41,989 nt of DNA from Micromonosporaceae bacterium (GCA_019689695.1 JADGHA010000001.1:1-41989); one strand, 5' to 3'. Shown: positions 1-8,756, counted from the stretch's first letter. Notes: generated by a model from the sequence alone, not told the origin. Program-made: numbers and translations.

Positions 1-245
1 CTACTGGCCGTGCGTTCCCCCCTGGCCGTACCGGATAGCGGCCGGTTCGCGCCGCCCCGCCGACCCCCGCCCGTGGCCTGGTCGGCCACCGAAAGCGAAG
101 GGACGAAGCGAACAACAACCGCTTGCCGTAGTAGGACTCAAAGACGGTACGCGAACCACCCCCGCGCCTGTCAACAGCTTCGGCCCAGTCGATCTCGGGC
201 CGTCGGCGTGTCGCCCCTGGCGTGTTCTCCGGCCGGCCACTGTGG

Positions 246-1565
246 TCACGCGGCGCGCAGGTGCTGTTGCAGCACGGCGTCGGCGGCGGCCGGATGCTCG
301 GCGGCGAGCAGGCCGGCGGCGGCGAGCACGCCACGCACATCGGTCACAGTGGTCGCCCGTTGTGGCAGTGCCCAGCCACCACCGTGGTCCGCCAGCGCCT
401 CCTCGAGTACGGCCGCGGCCCGGCCCGGGCCCGCGTGCCGGAGCACGCCCCCGGAGCCGACCGCGAGGCGTACCCGGCTGAGGTCCTTGCCCCCACGGCG
501 CGGCGCACCCGGCCCGGCCGGCTCACCCCGGGCGTGGCGACGCAACGCGACGGTGGCGGCGAGCGTCGCCAGCCGCAGGTCCACCGCCCGCTCCGCGGCG
601 TGCGCGGGCAGCCACCGGGGGTCGGCGGCCCGCGCGGCCGCGGCGGCGGCAAGCCGGCCCTCCTCAGTGGAGGACAGCAGCCGCTCCTGGCGGGCCGCCT
701 CGACCACACCCGGCGCGCTCCACCGCACGCCCAGGTCGCCCTCGACGGTGCGGCTGCGCCACAGCGTGCCCGCAACCTCCGGCTCCGCTCCGGCGTCCGG
801 CGCGAGCACCGAGTACACGTCGGTGGTGGCGCCACCGACGTCCACCACGGCCAGGTCGTGCCCGGTCCGGTCGGCCAGCAGCTCCACCGCGGTCAGCACG
901 ACGTCCGGTGTGGCGCCGCGGACCAGGGAGGCGAACCGCGGCCCCCGGGACAGCTTCTTGCCGCCGATGACGTGCCGCAGGAACACCTCGCGGATGGCGG
1001 CGCGCGCCGGCCGCGGGTTGAGCACGCCGATACGCGGCAACACGTTCTCCGTCGCGGTGACCGGGATCCCGCGGCCGGCGAGGATGTCCACGACCGTGCT
1101 GCGCGCCTCGGCGTTGCCGGCGACCACGACCGGCACCTTGTACCGCAGCCGCTGCGCGTTGTGGACGATCGTGTCCGCGTCGCCGCCGTCGGTGCCACCG
1201 ACCAGCAGCACCACATCCGGGCGGGCGGCGCGCAGCGCAGCCAGCCCGGCCCGGTCGAGCCGCCCGGCGGCCACGTGCACCACCCGCGCCCCGGCCGACA
1301 GGCCCACCCGGTGGCCGGCCTCGGCGGTGACCAGCGCCTCGTGCCCGACCACCGCCAGCCGCAGCCCCCCACCGGCGGAGGAGCAGACGTACACATCGGA
1401 CACCGTCACGCCGGTCGCGGCGACCGCCGCCGACAGGCCGTCCATCACATCCGTGCCCACAGTGGTCGGATGCGACGCGCTGGCGACCAGCGTCCCGTCG
1501 GCCAGGTCCACCACCACCGCCTTGGTGAAGGTGGAGCCGACGTCCACACACGCGGCCAGCGTCAC
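246..1565 (-). CDS. MutL/GlmL-like actin-fold ATPase, probable reactivase/chaperone for the adjacent B12-dependent aminomutase
   Basis: 439-aa ORF with ATG at 1565. It has an N-terminal DVGSTFTK motif and an internal DVGGATTD motif, both phosphate-binding motifs typical of ASKHA-fold glutamate-mutase component-L type proteins. It is the last gene of the kdd-kamDE-kal operon. The family is assigned from motifs and context only. Confidence 0.65.
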   Translation of the reverse strand: MTLAACVDVGSTFTKAVVVDLADGTLVASASHPTTVGTDVMDGLSAAVAATGVTVSDVYVCSSAGGGLRLAVVGHEALVTAEAGHRVGLSAGARVVHVAAGRLDRAGLAALRAARPDVVLLVGGTDGGDADTIVHNAQRLRYKVPVVVAGNAEARSTVVDILAGRGIPVTATENVLPRIGVLNPRPARAAIREVFLRHVIGGKKLSRGPRFASLVRGATPDVVLTAVELLADRTGHDLAVVDVGGATTDVYSVLAPDAGAEPEVAGTLWRSRTVEGDLGVRWSAPGVVEAARQERLLSSTEEGRLAAAAAARAADPRWLPAHAAERAVDLRLATLAATVALRRHARGEPAGPGAPRRGGKDLSRVRLAVGSGGVLRHAGPGRAAAVLEEALADHGGGWALPQRATTVTDVRGVLAAAGLLAAEHPAAADAVLQQHLRAA

Positions 1566-1637
1566 GCCCGCCCCGCGCTTACCCTGACGATGCCGCCACA
1601 GAGATCCACAAACCTGTACTTTCCCGGAAATCCGCGG

Positions 1638-1994
1638 TCACGGGACGACGACCGTGCCGGTCGCCGTGACCGCGACGACCGGCGGGTCCAGCACCTTGGC
1701 GTCGCGGCACTGCACCACGCACTCGAACGTGATGGTCCGGCTGCGGTTGCCGACACGGACCAGGGTGGCGGTCACCTCGAGCACGTCGCCGCCGCGGACC
1801 GGCGCCGTGAACTGCACGTCGTCGTAGGACGCGAACAGGCCCTCGTCGCCGTCGTGCCGGATGCACACCTCGGTCGCCGCATCCCCGAACAGGGCCAGGA
1901 CGTACGCCCCGTCAACCAGGTTTCCGGCGTAGTGCGCGTGGCTGTACGGCACGTACCGGCGATGGGTCACCTTCATGACACCCGCTTCCGTCAT
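1638..1994 (-). CDS. kal: Small hotdog-fold protein, probable 3-aminobutyryl-CoA ammonia-lyase
   Basis: 118-aa ORF. Its ATG (1994-1992) overlaps the kamE stop as ATGA. Its size and position directly after kamDE match Kal of the lysine fermentation pathway. The hotdog-like sequence is MKVTHRRYVPYSHAHYAGNLVDG...RGGDVLEVTA. Confidence 0.6.
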   Translation of the reverse strand: MTEAGVMKVTHRRYVPYSHAHYAGNLVDGAYVLALFGDAATEVCIRHDGDEGLFASYDDVQFTAPVRGGDVLEVTATLVRVGNRSRTITFECVVQCRDAKVLDPPVVAVTATGTVVVP

Positions 1995-2752
1995 GCCGCC
2001 CTCTTCTGTGTCCCGTCGCGGCTTGTCACCAGGGCGTGCACCAGGTAGCTGGCCACCTCGCGCGGGCTGGTGCCCCGGCCGAAGATGCGGTCCACGCCCA
2101 GCTCGCCGGCCATCAGCTCGTCGAACCGGGGCCCACCGACGACCAGCAGCGGCCGCCGGCCGGCCGGGAACGCCTCCCGGAACGCCGCGGACATCTCCCG
2201 GACGTTGTGCAGGTGCGCGTCCCGCTGGGTGACCACCTGGGACACCAGCACCGCGTCCGCCTTCTCCGCCCGCGCCCGCTCCACCAGCTCCGGCACGCTG
2301 ACCTGGGCGCCCAGGTTGACCACGGCGAACTCCCGGTAGTACTCCAGGCCCTTCTCCCCCGCGATCCCCTTGACGTTGAGGATCGCGTCGATGCCCACGG
2401 TGTGCGCGTCCGTGCCGATGCAGGCGCCCACCACCACCAGCCGGCGCCGCAGCCGCCGCCGGACCAGCTGGTTGATTTCCTTCGGCGACAGCAGCGGGAA
2501 GTCCCGCTCGACCACCCGCACCGCGGACAGGTCGACCAGGTGGTTGACCCGGCCGTAGACCACGAAAAACGTGTGCGCGTCGCCCATCTGCTTGGCGTGC
2601 ACCACCATCGCCGGGTCCACACCCATCTTGCCGGCCAGCTGCAGCGCCGCGCCCTCGGCCCGCTTGTCCAGCGGCACCGGAAGCGTGAACGACAGCTGCA
2701 CCATCCCATCCCCGGTGGTGTCCCCGTACGGCCGCACGATCGTGCCGCTCAC
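1991..2752 (-). CDS. kamE: D-lysine/beta-lysine 5,6-aminomutase beta subunit (B12-binding)
   Basis: The start is an internal GTG at 2752 of the 619-aa ORF, overlapping the kamD stop as GTGA. It has the cobalamin DxHxxG motif (GTDAHTVGID) followed by a Rossmann-like B12 domain. The N-terminus SGTIVRPYGDTTGDGMVQLSFTLP is typical of KamE/OraE-type subunits. Confidence 0.85.
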   Translation of the reverse strand: MSGTIVRPYGDTTGDGMVQLSFTLPVPLDKRAEGAALQLAGKMGVDPAMVVHAKQMGDAHTFFVVYGRVNHLVDLSAVRVVERDFPLLSPKEINQLVRRRLRRRLVVVGACIGTDAHTVGIDAILNVKGIAGEKGLEYYREFAVVNLGAQVSVPELVERARAEKADAVLVSQVVTQRDAHLHNVREMSAAFREAFPAGRRPLLVVGGPRFDELMAGELGVDRIFGRGTSPREVASYLVHALVTSRDGTQKRAA

Positions 2753-4305
2753 TGCGTCCCCTCCAGGATCTCGGTGGCCGGGTTGTAGTAGTCCGGCTCG
2801 TGCCGGGCCACCCCGTCCAGGCCCCGGCCGCGGTCCGGCGGGCGCTTCATGATGCCGAACGTGCCCGCGGCGATCGCGTTCAGCAGCCCCTCGTCGACGA
2901 TGCGCTCCAGCAGCTGGACCGCCTCGGCCAGCACCGTCGCGGCCCGGCGCTGGATGAAGCCGCCCGGCTTCGGCACGAAGTCCTCGTGCAGGCCACTGCA
3001 GGCGTTGAGCACGTAGCGCACGTTCTGCAAGGCGATGTCCCGGTCGGACAGCCACGGCGTGGCCACCGCCTCGGTCATCATGCCGACCAGCAGGATGCCC
3101 TGGCCGGTCAGCACACCGGCCAGGTTGAAGAAGCCATCCAGCAGGTTGCCGCGGAACACGTCGCCGGTCATGTGCCGGGTCGGCGGCATCCATTTCAGCG
3201 GCGCCCGGGGGAACAGCTCCCGGGCCAGCAGGGCGTGCGCCAGCTCCAGCCGGAAAGACTCCGGCAGGTCCGGGTTGATCTCGAACGCGTGGCCCAGGCC
3301 CAGCTGCCAGTCGGCCAGCCCCGCCTCGTGCGCGAAGTACTCGTTGAGCAGCTGCGAGACGGTGACCGTGTGCGCCGCCTCGACCGCGTCGGCGGTGGTC
3401 AGGTAGTTGTCCTCGCCGGTGTTGATGATGATCCCGGCGCGGGCGTGGATCTGCCGGGAGAACCGCTGGTCCACAAAGGTGCGGATCGGGTTGATGTCGC
3501 GGAACAGGATGCCGTACATGGAGTCGTTGAGCATCATGTCCAGCCGCTCCAGCCCGGCCAGCGTGGCGATCTCCGGCATGCACAGCCCGGAGGCGTAGTT
3601 GGTCAGCCGCACGTAGCGGCCCACCTCGGCGGAGACCTCGTCCAGCGCCGCCCGCATCAGCCGGAAGTTCTCCTGCGTGGCGTACGTGCCGGCGAACCCC
3701 TCCCGGGTCGCGCCCTCGGGCACGTAGTCCAGCAGGGACTGGCCGGTGGACCGGATCACCGCGATCACATCCGCGCCCTCCCGGGCCGCCGCCTGCGCCT
3801 GCCTGATGTCCTCGTAGATGTCCCCGGTCGCGACGATCAGATAGATCCACGGCCGCTGCTTCGGGTCGCCGTGGCGGCGGATCAGCCGTTCGCGTTCGGC
3901 GCGCCGCCGGTCGATGCGCCGGATCCCGGCGGCGACCGACCGCCTCGCCGCCCGCCGGGCCGCGGTCGCGGCGCGGCCCGTCGGCACCTCGAAGTGCACC
4001 GACCCGGCCGCCGCCTTCTGCGCCAGTAGCGTCAGGTCGTCCACACCGGACGAAGCGGCCGCGGCGAACACCGGCAGGGCCACCCCGTGGCCCAGGCCGA
4101 CGTCGGCGACGACGGCGTCCACCAGGCGGTTGACCCAGGGGATGCCATCCGGGTCGGCACCGGCGACCCCGGCCAGGCGCAACACCGCCCGCTCCACGGA
4201 GACCGTCGTGTGGCTGCGGGCCAGCTCCACCACCGGCCGCCCGGCCCGCCGGGCCAGCTGACGCGCCCGGCGCACCAGCTGGCGATCCAGGTCAAGCTTG
4301 CTCAT
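2749..4305 (-). CDS. kamD: D-lysine/beta-lysine 5,6-aminomutase alpha subunit
   Basis: Start ATG at 4305 (MSKLDLD), overlapping the stop of the upstream amidohydrolase as ATGA. The 518-aa product has the conserved stretches PWIYLIVATGDIYEDIRQA, TGQSLLDYVPEGAT and INTGEDNYLTTADA of the large TIM-barrel subunit. It is paired with kamE. Confidence 0.85.
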   Translation of the reverse strand: MSKLDLDRQLVRRARQLARRAGRPVVELARSHTTVSVERAVLRLAGVAGADPDGIPWVNRLVDAVVADVGLGHGVALPVFAAAASSGVDDLTLLAQKAAAGSVHFEVPTGRAATAARRAARRSVAAGIRRIDRRRAERERLIRRHGDPKQRPWIYLIVATGDIYEDIRQAQAAAREGADVIAVIRSTGQSLLDYVPEGATREGFAGTYATQENFRLMRAALDEVSAEVGRYVRLTNYASGLCMPEIATLAGLERLDMMLNDSMYGILFRDINPIRTFVDQRFSRQIHARAGIIINTGEDNYLTTADAVEAAHTVTVSQLLNEYFAHEAGLADWQLGLGHAFEINPDLPESFRLELAHALLARELFPRAPLKWMPPTRHMTGDVFRGNLLDGFFNLAGVLTGQGILLVGMMTEAVATPWLSDRDIALQNVRYVLNACSGLHEDFVPKPGGFIQRRAATVLAEAVQLLERIVDEGLLNAIAAGTFGIMKRPPDRGRGLDGVARHEPDYYNPATEILEGTQ

Positions 4306-5822
4306 GACTCCTCGAAGATGGTCTCTCCATGTAAGACAGTGCGCCGGCACGCCGGCAGCGGCTCGTCCTGTTCGGCGAACTCCGGCATCGCCGGGACCGA
4401 CCAGACCGCGAACGTGGCGTCGCCACCGGGCACCAGCACGCCCTCGGCGTCGCGGTGCACCGCCCGCCAGCCGCCGCGGGTGTGCGCGGCGAAGGCCGCC
4501 CTCACGCTCATCCGGTGCCCCGGGTTGTGGTGCCACACCGCCGCCCGCACCGCGCCCCACGGGTCCAGCGGCGTGACCGGCGAGTCCGAGCCGAACGCCA
4601 GCGCCACACCCACCCCGTGCATCGCACCCCAAGGGTTGGACTGCAACGACCGCGCCACGCCCAGCCGCCTGGCGTACATCTGGTCCTCGCCACCCCACAG
4701 CCGGTCGAACGCCGGCTGCATGCTCGCCACCACCCCGTACTCGACGAACCCCGCGATCAGCCGCTTGTCCACGATCTCGGCGTGCTCGACCCGGTGCCTG
4801 GCCGCCCGGATCCGCTCGACGCCCAGCTGCCCCGCTGCCGCCGCGAACCCGGCCAGCACCGTGCCGATAGCCGCGTCGCCGATGGCGTGGAAGCCGCCCT
4901 GCACGCCGTGCGCGGCGCAATCCAGCAGGTGGTCACGCACCTGGTCGGCGGTGAGGTACCCGTGCCCCGACCCGCCGTCACCGTCCACATAGGGCGCGGT
5001 CAGGTGTGCGGTCCGCGCGCCCAGCGCCCCGTCCGCGTACAGGTCCCCGCCGGCGCCGACCGCACCCAGCTCCCGGGCCTTGCCGGCGGCCATCAGCTCG
5101 CCCCAGTACCCGTACACCTCGGGCAGCGGCTCGGCCGCCGACAGCGCCAGCAGGCCGGTGAAGTCCGCCTCGTCCGACGTGCCCGGCCCCCCGCACTCGT
5201 GCACCGCGGCGATGCCCATGGCGGCCGCGCGCCGCAACGCCGCCCGCTGCGCCGCGGTCCGCTGCGCCGGCGTCACCGCACCCAGCGCAACCGCGCGCAC
5301 AATGTCGTGCGCGCCCCGGCGCACCCAGCCCGAGGCGTCGTACCCGGGCGCGGCGGCGGCCTGCGGCGCGGCCGCCAGCAACGCCGTCGAGCAGGCGGCC
5401 GAGTGGATGGACGCCTGAGACAGGTAGACCATCCGGCCCCCCGCCGCCCGGTCCAACTCCTCCGCGGTCGGCGGGTGCGGCCGGGGCCACCCCGACTCCT
5501 CCCACCCGTGGCCGAGCACCACCGCGTCCCGGGGCAGGCCCGCGGCGAACCGGGCCACCGCGTCGAGCACGTCCGCGGCCGAGCCGGTCCCGGCCAGATC
5601 CAGGCCGCCCAGCGCCAGCCCGGTCTCCGTACAGTGCACGTGGGCGTCGACGAACGCCGGGGTGACCAGCGCACCGGCCAGGTCCACCACCCGGTCGGCG
5701 GCGGGCGCCTCGGCGTCCGGGCCGAGCCAGGCGATGGTCTGGCCGCGGACCAGCAGGGCCGTGGCGGACGGGTCGGCGGTGCTGTAGACGTGGCCGCCGC
5801 GGTACAGGGTGGTTGGCTCCAT
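4302..5822 (-). CDS. Metal-dependent amidohydrolase (YtcJ/amidohydrolase_3-like)
   Basis: 506-aa ORF. It has the N-terminal metal motif PAFVDAHVHC (HxH), later HAIGD and HRVEHAE histidines, and C-terminal AFGSDSP. It lies between kdd and kamD with stop/start coupling. Confidence 0.7.
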   Translation of the reverse strand: MEPTTLYRGGHVYSTADPSATALLVRGQTIAWLGPDAEAPAADRVVDLAGALVTPAFVDAHVHCTETGLALGGLDLAGTGSAADVLDAVARFAAGLPRDAVVLGHGWEESGWPRPHPPTAEELDRAAGGRMVYLSQASIHSAACSTALLAAAPQAAAAPGYDASGWVRRGAHDIVRAVALGAVTPAQRTAAQRAALRRAAAMGIAAVHECGGPGTSDEADFTGLLALSAAEPLPEVYGYWGELMAAGKARELGAVGAGGDLYADGALGARTAHLTAPYVDGDGGSGHGYLTADQVRDHLLDCAAHGVQGGFHAIGDAAIGTVLAGFAAAAGQLGVERIRAARHRVEHAEIVDKRLIAGFVEYGVVASMQPAFDRLWGGEDQMYARRLGVARSLQSNPWGAMHGVGVALAFGSDSPVTPLDPWGAVRAAVWHHNPGHRMSVRAAFAAHTRGGWRAVHRDAEGVLVPGGDATFAVWSVPAMPEFAEQDEPLPACRRTVLHGETIFEES

Positions 5823-5827
5823 GCTGG

Positions 5828-6856
5828 TCAGTGTGCCGCCAACCGGGCGTCGAGGAGCCCGCGTACCCCCGGCTCGGTGCGCACCAGGTCCAGCGCGTAG
5901 TCCGCGTGCCCGGGCACGAACCCGTTGCCGATCAGCATGGTCACGTCCGCGGCGAGCCCTTCGGCACCCAACGCGGCCGACGCGAAGCTGGTCGCCATGG
6001 AGAAGAAGATCACCGTGCCGCCCGCCGCGGTGGCCAGAACCGCCCCGTGCTCACAGCCTGGCACGTCCACGCAGACCACCGTGACATCGGCCGGCTCGCC
6101 GACCGCCGCGGCCAGCCCGACCGGGTCCCGGGCGTCCGCGACGACCACCTGGTCTGCCAGCCCGGCCCGCGCCAGCAGGTCGCGCTCCGCGGCGGTCGGG
6201 ACCACACCCACCGTACGCCCGGCTCCCGCGCGCCGCGCCGCGGCCAGCGACAGGCTGCCGCTCTTGCCCGCCGCGCCGAGCACCGTGACCGTCGGGCCCT
6301 GGTAGCGCCGCACCACGCGGTCGGTCAGCGCCGGCGCGCCGCACACGTCGAACACCGCGAGCGCCAGGCCCGGGTCCAGGTCGTCCGGGAGCACCGCGGC
6401 GACCGAGCGGGCGAACAGGATCGCGTGCCCGGCGCAGGGCACCTGCTCGCTGGCGCCGTCCCAGCGGGCGAGCCCATCGGTGATGGCCAGCGGCGTGAGC
6501 GTCAGCGACACGAGCGTGGCGATGCGGTCGCCGGGCTTGAACGCCAACGGGGAGGCGGGACCGACCGCGTCGACCGTGCCGATGAGCATCCCGCCCGATC
6601 CGGTCACCGGGTTGTGCATCTTCCCCCGGGTCGCGACGATCTCCAGCACCTCGGCGCGCACCGCGTCGCCGTCGCCGCCATGCTTCTCCCGCAGCTGGCG
6701 GAAGCTCGCCGCATCCAGGTTGAGCCGCTCAACCGCCACCCGCACCTCGGACGGCGCGATCTCCGGCCGGTTGTCCAGCCGCCACGCGGCCTGCGGCAAC
6801 ACCCCGGGCGGGTCCACGACCCGATGCAGACCTACGGGAGACGTCACAGTTTTCAT
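5828..6856 (-). CDS. kdd: L-erythro-3,5-diaminohexanoate dehydrogenase
   Basis: 342-aa ORF with a Rossmann motif VLGAAGKSGSL and N-terminal RVAVERLNLDAASFRQL...NPVTGSGGMLIG, characteristic of Kdd as I recall it. It is the first gene of the operon divergent from kamA. Confidence 0.75.
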   Translation of the reverse strand: MKTVTSPVGLHRVVDPPGVLPQAAWRLDNRPEIAPSEVRVAVERLNLDAASFRQLREKHGGDGDAVRAEVLEIVATRGKMHNPVTGSGGMLIGTVDAVGPASPLAFKPGDRIATLVSLTLTPLAITDGLARWDGASEQVPCAGHAILFARSVAAVLPDDLDPGLALAVFDVCGAPALTDRVVRRYQGPTVTVLGAAGKSGSLSLAAARRAGAGRTVGVVPTAAERDLLARAGLADQVVVADARDPVGLAAAVGEPADVTVVCVDVPGCEHGAVLATAAGGTVIFFSMATSFASAALGAEGLAADVTMLIGNGFVPGHADYALDLVRTEPGVRGLLDARLAAH

Positions 6857-6921
6857 CCTAACGGACAGGAAATCTTACGGCAGAATAGGGTATCTACAGC
6901 AGAACATGCGTAGGAGGTGCC
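6857..6921. promoter_or_regulatory. Divergent kdd / kamA promoter region
   Basis: 65-nt AT-enriched gap between divergent starts. It contains a TAGGGT -10-like hexamer, and AGGAGG (6913-6918) lies 3 nt upstream of the kamA GTG. It is too short to hold a lysine riboswitch. Confidence 0.4.
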
Positions 6922-8289
6922 GTGAGCAGCGATCAGCCGTACGAGTACCGCCGCCGCGAGCTGGTGGAGCCGGACTGGAGGCGGTTCCCCGGCTGGCGCA
7001 CCGTCACCCGCGAGGAGTGGGAGTCCGCGCAATGGCAGCGGGCGCACTGCATCAAGAACGCCCGCCAGCTGCGCGCCGTCCTCGGCGACCTGGTCGACGA
7101 GCGCTTCTACGCCGACCTCGTCGACGACCAGCAGCGGCTGGCCACCATGTCGATGCTGGTGCCGCCACAGATGCTCAACACCATGGTCCCCGACGCCCCG
7201 CCCAGCACCGACACCTTCTACGCCGACCCGGTACGCCGATACATGATCCCGGTCGCCTCCGACCGCCGTACCGACTGGCCGAGCCACCCGTACGCCACCC
7301 GCGACTCACTGCACGAACACGACATGTGGGTGGCCGAAGGACTCACCCACCGCTACCCCACCAAGGTGCTGGCCGAGCTGCTCTCCACCTGCCCCCAGTA
7401 CTGCGGGCACTGCACCCGCATGGACCTCGTCGGCAACTCCACGCCCACAGTGGACAAACTGAGGCTCACCCTCAAGCCGGTCGACCGGTACGACGCGATG
7501 ATCGCCTACCTGCGCACCCACCCAGGCGTCCGCGACGTCGTCGTCTCCGGCGGCGACGTGGCCAACGTGCCCTGGCGCCAACTGGAGAGCTTCCTCATGC
7601 GGCTGCTGGACATCGAAAGCGTGCGCGACATCCGGCTGGCCACCAAGGCCCTGATGGGCCTGCCGCAGCACTGGCTGCAACCACACGTCGTGGAGGGCCT
7701 GGAACGGGTCGCCCGCACCGCCGCCCGGCGCGGCGTCAACCTCGCCATCCACACCCACGTCAACCACGTCAACTCGTTGACCCCGCTGGTCGCCCGCGCC
7801 GCACAGACCGCCCTGGAGGTCGGCGTGCGCGACGTACGCAACCAGGGCGTCCTCCTGCGCGGCGTCAACGCGACCAGCGCAGACCTGCTCGACCTCTGCT
7901 TCGCCCTGCAGGGCGAAGCCGGCATCCTGCCCTACTACTTCTACATGTGCGACATGATCCCCGGCGCCGAGCACTGGCGCGTAGCGGTGTGGCAGGCCCA
8001 GCAGCTCCAGCACGACATCATGGGCTACCTGCCCGGCTACGCGACCCCGCGAATCGTCTGCGACGTACCGTTCGTCGGCAAGCGCTGGGTGCACATGGTC
8101 AGCGAGTACGACCGGGAACGCGGCATCTCGTACTGGACCAAGAACTACCGCACCTCGATCGAGGCGGCCGACCCGGACGCGCTCACCCGGACCCACCCGT
8201 ACTACGACCCGATCGACACCCTGCCCGAGTCCGGCCAGCGCTGGTGGGCCAAACAGCAGGCGGCCGACGCGCCCCGCGAGTCAGCCTGA
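6922..8289 (+). CDS. kamA: Lysine 2,3-aminomutase (radical SAM)
   Basis: 455-aa ORF, GTG start with AGGAGG upstream. It has the radical-SAM cluster motif CPQYCGHC, followed by VVVSGGD, and the conserved C-terminal region PYYFYMCD of KamA-family enzymes. Confidence 0.9.
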   Translation: MSSDQPYEYRRRELVEPDWRRFPGWRTVTREEWESAQWQRAHCIKNARQLRAVLGDLVDERFYADLVDDQQRLATMSMLVPPQMLNTMVPDAPPSTDTFYADPVRRYMIPVASDRRTDWPSHPYATRDSLHEHDMWVAEGLTHRYPTKVLAELLSTCPQYCGHCTRMDLVGNSTPTVDKLRLTLKPVDRYDAMIAYLRTHPGVRDVVVSGGDVANVPWRQLESFLMRLLDIESVRDIRLATKALMGLPQHWLQPHVVEGLERVARTAARRGVNLAIHTHVNHVNSLTPLVARAAQTALEVGVRDVRNQGVLLRGVNATSADLLDLCFALQGEAGILPYYFYMCDMIPGAEHWRVAVWQAQQLQHDIMGYLPGYATPRIVCDVPFVGKRWVHMVSEYDRERGISYWTKNYRTSIEAADPDALTRTHPYYDPIDTLPESGQRWWAKQQAADAPRESA

Positions 8290-8634
8290 CGGCGGCGGGG
8301 TATCCAGGGTGGCGATCTGAGCGCCACAGCGGTCCAGCGCCGACAGCAGCGCCTGGTCCGCGCCGACCAGCAACAGGCAGCGGTCCGGGCCGGAGAGCAG
8401 GCCGCCAGGCAGCCGCAGCGCCTGCGCCAACACCTCCGGCTCCAGGACAGACGCTGCGGCCAGGTCCACGACCACCAGGCTGGCGCTGCCGGCGAGCGCG
8501 GTGAGGCTGTCCACCAACCGGTCCACCGCCGCCCCGGCCAGCCGGCCAGCCGGCCGCAGCACGGCCGTGAGCCACAAGTCGGGCCAATCCGCGGTGAGGT
8601 TCACCGTGGTCGCTGCCTGCCGGGTACCGGTCAT
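8281..8634 (-). CDS. STAS-domain protein (anti-sigma-factor antagonist-like)
   Basis: 117-aa ORF. Its length and alternating pattern (LTAVLRPAGRLAGAAVDRLVDSL..SLVVVDLAAASVLEPEVLQAL) fit a STAS fold. Its 3' end overlaps kamA by 9 nt (convergent genes). Confidence 0.55.
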   Translation of the reverse strand: MTGTRQAATTVNLTADWPDLWLTAVLRPAGRLAGAAVDRLVDSLTALAGSASLVVVDLAAASVLEPEVLAQALRLPGGLLSGPDRCLLLVGADQALLSALDRCGAQIATLDTPPPSG

Positions 8635-8756
8635 GACGCGCTCCCTTGCGGTCTCGGCTGATGTCCGTCCCCTCAGCCTGATGGATGTCCCCGAGACCGA
8701 CCTGAGCCAAAGCTGTGAGCTCCCTGGCTCCAGCCCCCGTACGCAGACAGCACGGC

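Noticed and set aside
237-243. GCCACTG, reminiscent of the conserved core of cobalamin riboswitches, next to B12-dependent genes.
   Set aside because: It sits at the 3' end and stop of a coding gene on the wrong side of the operon. The other conserved riboswitch elements are not recognisable around it. A 7-mer is expected by chance.
1-249. 82-aa minus-strand ORF starting at a GTG that overlaps the MutL-like stop.
   Set aside because: GC3 is far below that of neighbouring genes, the product is low-complexity, and it has no motif. I keep it only as an observation in the findings.
10-2048. Long plus-strand ORFs (525 aa at 10-1587 and 608 aa at 222-2048) antisense to the MutL-like, kal and kamE genes. 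Similar giants occur elsewhere, for example 6480-8504(+), 16486-17814(-), 18040-19866(+), 19688-21442(+), 23065-24684(+), 25866-27692(+), 32569-33375(+) and 39680-40600(+).
   Set aside because: Their translations are Arg/Pro/Ala/Gly-rich low-complexity sequences with no motifs. Each lies opposite, or out of frame with, a gene that has clear family signatures. Stop-codon depletion in high-GC DNA produces such shadow ORFs.
1991-4920. Full-length readings of the 619-aa (1991-3850) and 723-aa (2749-4920) minus-strand ORFs.
   Set aside because: The N-terminal parts are Arg/Gly/Pro-rich and overlap the real upstream genes in another frame. Internal starts (GTG 2752, ATG 4305) coincide with stop/start overlaps and with the beginning of recognisable KamE and KamD sequence. 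The same logic applies to 18799-20031, 19832-21205, 20962-21762, 36037-37632, 38676-40322 and 39638-41353.
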